DNA of 20,000 nt, from the IMG/VR virus record IMGVR_UViG_3300010362_000013. The stretch is one strand, 5' to 3'. Below are positions 15,789 through 20,000 of the stretch, piece by piece. The first letter of the stretch is position 1; every line of letters begins with the position of its first letter. Made by a program: the position numbers and the translations under genes. The DNA comes from an uncultured virus (IMG/VR IMGVR_UViG_3300010362_000013) (lineage: Duplodnaviria; Heunggongvirae; Uroviricota; Caudoviricetes). The notes beneath the pieces are model-generated. The model made no database searches. It saw only the letters and a list, made by a program, of their open reading frames with translations, and was not told where the DNA came from.

Positions 15789-16412
15789 TTACCACGGACA
15801 CATCGTGTCGTCACGATGCATGGTGCCGCAACCCTTGCACTGAATCAGGCGCGAGCCGATGTCCTCCACGCGCGCAGGCTTGCGGAAGTTCTCAAGCTCG
15901 TCAGCATTCTGCACTACTGTTGAGCGCTTATCGCGCTTCGGCTTGGACTTGATCTTCACCTTCTTACGCGGTTGCTCGCGCTCGACAGCCTCCCGCGCGT
16001 CAGCGACAGCTTGCTTACGCTTGCGCTTTTCCTGTGGTGTCTCGGCATCGTCCGGCGCAACCGACAGGTTCTCGCGGTTCACTGTGTCACGGTGCCAGTA
16101 CCAGAAGCAGCGCAACCGGTCGGCATCGGTCTGCTCACCCTTGCCTTCGCAGGCAAAGCAGTCGCCAGTCTTACCGATGTAGACACCGTTGACGACAGCG
16201 CCGCCGAAGTAGTATAGCCCGCTTCCGCCGCACTTCCAGCATTCGACGGTGCCAGCGACATCGACGTTGAATGTTGACAGTGGACGCCATACCTCAGCGT
16301 CGGGACCGTACACATAGACCCTCGCGCGCTTACTGTCGCGCGTGATGGCGAGCACGATTCCGGTCGTATCGTGCTTCTTACTGACAACGATGTTGCCCTT
16401 TGCGATGCTCAT
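15789..16412 (-). CDS. multi-domain protein with a DnaJ-type CxxCxGxG Zn finger, a K/R-rich linker and a C-terminal Zn ribbon (207 aa)
   Basis: CWKCGGSG and CFACEGKG; EKRKRK...KKVKIKSKPKRDKR; CKGCGTMH...C; AGGAG SD. Confidence 0.85.
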   Translation of the reverse strand: MSIAKGNIVVSKKHDTTGIVLAITRDSKRARVYVYGPDAEVWRPLSTFNVDVAGTVECWKCGGSGLYYFGGAVVNGVYIGKTGDCFACEGKGEQTDADRLRCFWYWHRDTVNRENLSVAPDDAETPQEKRKRKQAVADAREAVEREQPRKKVKIKSKPKRDKRSTVVQNADELENFRKPARVEDIGSRLIQCKGCGTMHRDDTMCPW

Positions 16413-16420
16413 ACGTTCTC

Positions 16421-16606
16421 CTAACGCTTGCAGGTATTGGTGGCAGCCTCGTACTTCCAGCCGTTGTCCTTGCAGTACGCCTTCTGATAGGCGACGGGAT
16501 CGTTGTGGTCAGCCTTGTCGATATTCGGGCTGTCGGACTTGGTGCCACCGCATGCGGCGATGGACAGCGCGGCGATTGCCGCAATGATGACAGTGATCTT
16601 TCTCAT
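16421..16606 (-). CDS. small lipoprotein (61 aa)
   Basis: Start 16606, MRKITVIIAAIAALSIAAC-GG lipobox; two further Cys; AAGGAG SD. Confidence 0.75.
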   Translation of the reverse strand: MRKITVIIAAIAALSIAACGGTKSDSPNIDKADHNDPVAYQKAYCKDNGWKYEAATNTCKR

Positions 16607-16620
16607 TTGTGTGATTCTCC

Positions 16621-16785
16621 TTAGTGAATGAGGCTTGCGAATTGCGCGCCGGTTTGCCAAAGCTCGTCAGCGGTCGTGTCGTCACCCTGCTCGGCGGCAG
16701 TGTCAGCTATGCTGAATGACACCTCAGCGAGAATGGCGGCAGCGATGAGGAAACTAGCGTTGCCAGCGGACGGATCGAACAACAT
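16621..16785 (-). CDS. small acidic protein (54 aa, MLFDPSAGNASFLIAAAILAEV...), absent from the ORF track
   Basis: Read manually; AAGGAG SD after an A/C-rich leader; fills the gap. Confidence 0.7.
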   Translation of the reverse strand: MLFDPSAGNASFLIAAAILAEVSFSIADTAAEQGDDTTADELWQTGAQFASLIH

Positions 16786-16943
16786 GCGAGTTACTCCTTG
16801 TTGTCGTCAGTGTTGTTAGGAAAGAGGGTGCCCGCCACCGTATAGGTGAGCGCTCGCATGAGCCATTCCATACGCGCGGGCTGTCGGAGTGCCTGCTGTT
16901 CTGTTGCTTCCGACCATGCTGGAAGCGTAACCGCGTAACCGGC

Positions 16944-17393
16944 TCAGACCGCTCCGTACATCATGAAGTTGCCACCCGCGCAGGAGTTCTGAAACTCGCC
17001 GAGTTCGATGATCTTGCCGTCATTTAGCATTCTTGACAGCATCGCATCGGACTCACTTTCGGGCACACCGTACTTCTCAAGTGTGCTGCGCAGATAGCTC
17101 CAACCCTTGCCGGTGCCCTTGCGGTAGCGGCCCTTGCCGCGCACCTCAAGGTGCTGCCAATCGGTGAACGGCTCGGGCGCATGCTCCTCAAGCATGACTT
17201 CACGGTAAAGCCATTCGTATTGCTCGTCCGGTGTGCCGATGTCGGCAAGTTTGAAGGGACGTAGTACCAGCCCGCCGTCGTTACCGACAAGCACGGTGAG
17301 CATATCGCTTTGGTAGGATCGACCGCGCTCGTCAATGGTGACGGCATCGATCTGCTGCTGTAGCAGCAAGCGCGAGACAGGGATTGTCTGCAT
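16944..17393 (-). CDS. hypothetical protein (149 aa)
   Basis: ORF track; same strand as neighbours, fills the gap. Confidence 0.8.
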   Translation of the reverse strand: MQTIPVSRLLLQQQIDAVTIDERGRSYQSDMLTVLVGNDGGLVLRPFKLADIGTPDEQYEWLYREVMLEEHAPEPFTDWQHLEVRGKGRYRKGTGKGWSYLRSTLEKYGVPESESDAMLSRMLNDGKIIELGEFQNSCAGGNFMMYGAV

Positions 17394-17468
17394 TGTTACT
17401 CGCTTTCTGATTGAAGTGAGAAGCTGTTTGGAGGCTGTCAGGATGTACCACCAAACCCAACAGCCTCC

Positions 17469-17497
17469 AAAAAGCCCCTCACCTTATGGTGAAGGAC
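17469..17497 (-). terminator. intrinsic terminator
   Basis: Minus RNA GUCCUUCACC-AUAA-GGUGAGGGGC-UUUUU, 6 nt after the stop of 17504..17914. Confidence 0.7.
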
Positions 17498-17503
17498 TGT
17501 TTA

Positions 17504-17914
17504 CTACTCGCCCTGCTTGAGGGAGGCGACGAGATCGGCGCGCAGTTCCTCGCGCTCACGCTCGCGCTTCTTGGCAGCCTCGTTGATTCCGAAGTGTGAG
17601 AATGTGCTGAGGACAGCAGCGACAACGCCCCAGATCCAAGCGTCAGAGAAGCCAGCAGCGCCAGCGAACGCGAAGAACAGCGCAGCGACGCCGAACACGA
17701 CGCGAGCGACCTTCGGCTTGGCGTAAACGAATGCAGCAGCGATGAACATCAACAGTGCTGCGAACATGCCGAATGCGCCAGCGGACGTTGTGGACGACGG
17801 ATCGGCCTTGTCCTCAAGGCTGTCGGAAACTGACGACAGTGTGTAGACAGCGGACGCCTGAATGCCGCTGACGATGGAGAGAACGATGCCGAGGATGAGC
17901 GTAGTGATACGCAT
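17504..17914 (-). CDS. integral membrane protein (about 4 TM, 136 aa)
   Basis: Four hydrophobic segments and a charged C-terminal helix. Confidence 0.85.
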   Translation of the reverse strand: MRITTLILGIVLSIVSGIQASAVYTLSSVSDSLEDKADPSSTTSAGAFGMFAALLMFIAAAFVYAKPKVARVVFGVAALFFAFAGAAGFSDAWIWGVVAAVLSTFSHFGINEAAKKREREREELRADLVASLKQGE

Positions 17915-17997
17915 TTGTGGTAAGACTCTTTCGATTAGCAGTGAAGCGGGGAGACTGCCGTATTATTGACAGTCTCCCCACAATCCGAACGTCTAGG

Positions 17998-18390
17998 CTA
18001 GAGCGCCTTGACGGTGATGCGCAGCCGCTCGGGCTGACCGATCTCGTTCCAGTGATCCTGCGCGAGATAGAACGGGGAGAAGCCGCGCTCGTTCTCGTCG
18101 TGGAAGCGGACGCCGCCGTTGCCCCTCGGCATCTGGGCGACGATGAACGTGCCAGTCACGCTGTCCTTGTCATTGTTGACAACCGGCTCGGCCTTTGGCG
18201 CGGCAGGCTTGCGAGTGCGCTTCGGCGCAGGCTTCGGCGTCTCGGCCTTGGCCGCACCGCGCGTCCGCTTGGTGGCGGGCTTGGTGGCCTTCTTGGTGGT
18301 CGCCTTGATCGGCGCGACCGCCGTGCCCTCAAGCGCGGCGTTGACCTCATCCACGATGGACTCGATCTTCTTGGTGCTCATACGAGCCAT
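17998..18390 (-). CDS. histone-like, K/A/P/T-rich putative DNA-binding protein (130 aa)
   Basis: Start 18390 (TAGGAGG SD); ATTKKATKPATKRTRGAAKAETPKPAPKRTRKPAAPK followed by a compact beta-rich C-terminal domain. Confidence 0.75.
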   Translation of the reverse strand: MARMSTKKIESIVDEVNAALEGTAVAPIKATTKKATKPATKRTRGAAKAETPKPAPKRTRKPAAPKAEPVVNNDKDSVTGTFIVAQMPRGNGGVRFHDENERGFSPFYLAQDHWNEIGQPERLRITVKAL

Positions 18391-18504
18391 AATCAATCCT
18401 CCTAGGATTGGTTTTGAGTGACTGACAACCATATGGTCATCAGGGAGCGAGCTTTACGCCCCGATTCCCTGCATTTGCAGGGATTTCGCGCATGCTTGCG
18501 CTTG

Positions 18505-18684
18505 TCAGTCGATGACAACAGCGATGTTGAAATCACTGTCAGGGTGAACGCCCCACTTGACACGAAACTCGTCAGCGGTAATGTCACCATTGTCGTAGGC
18601 GTGAACGTCAGCGCCGATTTCCAGCGCTACGTCAACGCTCGCGACGTTGAGCGTCGGCCAATTGCTGTCGAAAATGACAGTCAT
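18505..18684 (-). CDS. small acidic hypothetical protein (59 aa, MTVIFDSNW...)
   Basis: Start re-called to 18684; AAGGAG SD. Confidence 0.75.
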   Translation of the reverse strand: MTVIFDSNWPTLNVASVDVALEIGADVHAYDNGDITADEFRVKWGVHPDSDFNIAVVID

Positions 18685-18686
18685 AC

Positions 18687-18860
18687 TTACTCCTTGGGCT
18701 TGGGAACGTTGTTGACAACCCACTCACGGTCGGCAGGCTTGGAGATATTCGGGCACACAAACCATTTGTGGAAGTGGTACGGGATTGCGTTGACACGCAC
18801 GCGCTGCCACATACTGCCGTAGCAGACTTTGCACCACTCTTTACGGTGCGGGTGATCCAT
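18687..18860 (-). CDS. hypothetical protein (57 aa, MDHPHRKEWCKVCYGSMW...), absent from the ORF track
   Basis: Read manually; AAGGAG SD; CxxC plus His/Cys. Confidence 0.7.
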   Translation of the reverse strand: MDHPHRKEWCKVCYGSMWQRVRVNAIPYHFHKWFVCPNISKPADREWVVNNVPKPKE

Positions 18861-18901
18861 TTTTCTGCTCCTTTGCAGGGATTTTGGGCAGCGCCAGTGT
18901 C

Positions 18902-19066
18902 TTACGCGGGGGAGATTCCGGCTAGCCAGTTGGCGCGGTTGACCATTGAGAACAGTGTTCCCTCGTCAACTGTACTCCAAGTGTCACCATACAGGCGCAC
19001 TTGTACGACCCATAGGTGAGGGTTGACAGGATGCGTGACGCACCGCGTTTGCAGTGGCTCATCCAT
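18902..19066 (-). CDS. hypothetical protein (54 aa, MDEPLQTR...)
   Basis: AAGGAGG SD followed by TGTCAACA-ATG. Confidence 0.7.
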   Translation of the reverse strand: MDEPLQTRCVTHPVNPHLWVVQVRLYGDTWSTVDEGTLFSMVNRANWLAGISPA

Positions 19067-19202
19067 TGTTGACAGGCACCTCCTTGACGGTAAAGAAGCC
19101 GTCCTCGGTGATATCCGCGATGCACTGCGCGGGATCTTCACCTTCGGGGAAGGTGACAACGGCCATGCGGCGACCGTTGCGGAGAATCTCAAACTTGCGC
19201 AT
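19059..19202 (-). CDS. hypothetical protein (47 aa, MRKFEILR...)
   Basis: AGGAG SD followed by TGTCAACA-ATG. Confidence 0.7.
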   Translation of the reverse strand: MRKFEILRNGRRMAVVTFPEGEDPAQCIADITEDGFFTVKEVPVNNG

Positions 19203-19215
19203 TGTTGACACTCTC

Positions 19216-19350
19216 CTAGCGCGTTTGTGTGTGGGCGGGAACGTTCTCATGATGCGGATGGACACCGCACGCGGCTAACGTCATAGCGCCAGCGGGCATG
19301 CCTAACGTGATTGCGACGATCACGGCTAGCGGGAACTTGTGGCTACGCAT
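19216..19350 (-). CDS. very small putative lipoprotein (44 aa, MRSHKFPLAVIVAITLGMPAGAMTLAACG...)
   Basis: AAGGA SD followed by TGTCAACA-ATG; hydrophobic signal and LAAC lipobox. Confidence 0.6.
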   Translation of the reverse strand: MRSHKFPLAVIVAITLGMPAGAMTLAACGVHPHHENVPAHTQTR

Positions 19351-19388
19351 TGTTGACACATCCTTTGTTGCGTTTTGCAGGGGAAAAA

Positions 19389-19458
19389 CGCGCCGCGCGG
19401 GAATCGAACCCGCCCGATTCACTGTAAACAACAGCGAATCGTGCCATATTGGCGGCGC
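19389..19458 (-). ncRNA. tRNA-like element lacking the D-arm (possible anticodon GUU, Asn-like; no encoded CCA)
   Basis: Perfect 7-bp acceptor stem GCGCCGC/GCGGCGC, canonical T-arm GCGGG-UUCGAUU-CCCGC, 9-10-bp central stem GAUUCGCUG(U)/(A)CAGUGAAUC, and an 11-nt linker in place of the D-arm; intergenic. Confidence 0.65.
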
Positions 19459-19469
19459 AGTAATGGTGA

Positions 19470-19718
19470 CTACGCGGTGTGGACGCCGGACAGGTCGATG
19501 CCCAGTTCCTCCGCAGCGCGGAGCAGATCGTCGTCGTCGTCAACGCGAGCGACGATGCCAACGGCGTTGGCGGGGTTCACGACCTTGATTCCAAGGTCGG
19601 CAAGCGCGCGATGGCGCTTGTGGTTCGTGCGCATGGTGGACTGAGCCACTGCGCGGTCGGCACGGCGGGAAGCCGCCGCGTTCTGAGCAGCGGTGCGCCG
19701 CTCACGCTTGGACAGCAT
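19470..19718 (-). CDS. hypothetical protein (82 aa; basic N-terminus, acidic C-terminus)
   Basis: ORF track; AAAGGAG SD after an A/C-rich leader. Confidence 0.8.
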   Translation of the reverse strand: MLSKRERRTAAQNAAASRRADRAVAQSTMRTNHKRHRALADLGIKVVNPANAVGIVARVDDDDDLLRAAEELGIDLSGVHTA

Positions 19719-19843
19719 AGCTGTCGCTCCTTTGGGTTGGTTTTTGGTGGAAAGTTGCTGCGATCATCCGTAGAATGATGGGAGGATTATTGACACAGCC
19801 TATGGTGGCCGCGCAATAATCCTCCGCTCACCCTAGCCGGAGG

Positions 19844-20000
19844 CTAGTAGCGATGCGGGGAACCGCCGAGCGGATCTTTGTCGTAAATCAGCGCCTCCCA
19901 ATCGCGCAGCGCGTCAAGCGCGGCAATGGTAGCGCTACCGGTACCGGCGGCGGGATCGAACGGGTTCGTACCCTCAGCCAGTTCGTCCGTAAGGACGGGA
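19844..20000 (-). CDS. hypothetical protein, partial C-terminus (...PVLTDELAEGTNPFDPAAGTGSATIAALDALRDWEALIYDKDPLGGSPHRY)
   Basis: Read manually; the frame is open from the window edge to TAG at 19844. Confidence 0.6.
   Translation of the reverse strand, partial: PVLTDELAEGTNPFDPAAGTGSATIAALDALRDWEALIYDKDPLGGSPHRY

Noticed and set aside
15789..16412. Annotation as a DnaJ chaperone
   Set aside because: Only the CxxCxGxG finger is present; no J-domain or HPD motif.
19064..19358. CRISPR-like array formed by the repeated CATTGTTGACA
   Set aside because: The repeat is only 11 bp and the intervening 125-137 bp are coding ORFs; no cas genes in the window.
19389..19458. Calling the tRNA-like element tmRNA or a canonical tRNA-Asn
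   Set aside because: No G3:U70 pair, tag ORF or pseudoknots for tmRNA; no D-stem, U at position 37 and no CCA for a canonical tRNA.
19950..19965. GTTCGATCC T-loop-like sequence on the minus strand (also at ~16772-16780)
   Set aside because: No T-stem or acceptor stem; explained by codons for Phe-Asp-Pro.

Overview
This window is a GC-rich (roughly 58-60% by eye), gene-dense region in which about 55 mostly small genes all lie on the minus strand. They are tightly coupled, with TAATG/ATGA/GTGA/TTGA overlaps and strong AGGAG ribosome-binding sites. This layout fits the early or accessory arm of a large tailed phage, or a phage-like element. No capsid, terminase or integrase gene is visible, so the phage call is inferred. 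A secreted collagen-like protein and a DUF4352-type lipoprotein suggest an actinobacterial host, possibly Thermoleophilia (Solirubrobacterales/Gaiellales). The only enzyme I can assign confidently is a UvrD/Rep-type SF1 helicase (5026-6573). The other products are hypothetical proteins: many acidic, several with Zn-finger motifs, three lipoproteins, two membrane proteins and one histone-like protein. The most unusual signals are non-coding: (i) a 69-nt tRNA-shaped element with no D-arm and a long anticodon stem (19390-19458, minus strand, possible GUU anticodon); (ii) long intergenic RNA hairpins that resemble RNase III sites; (iii) strong window-wide over-representation of TGACA/TGTCA, including an identical TGTCAACA placed between the SD and ATG of three consecutive genes; (iv) several other repeated intergenic motifs. 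Two tiny proteins also carry an isolated DNA-methyltransferase-like FDPxAG motif.
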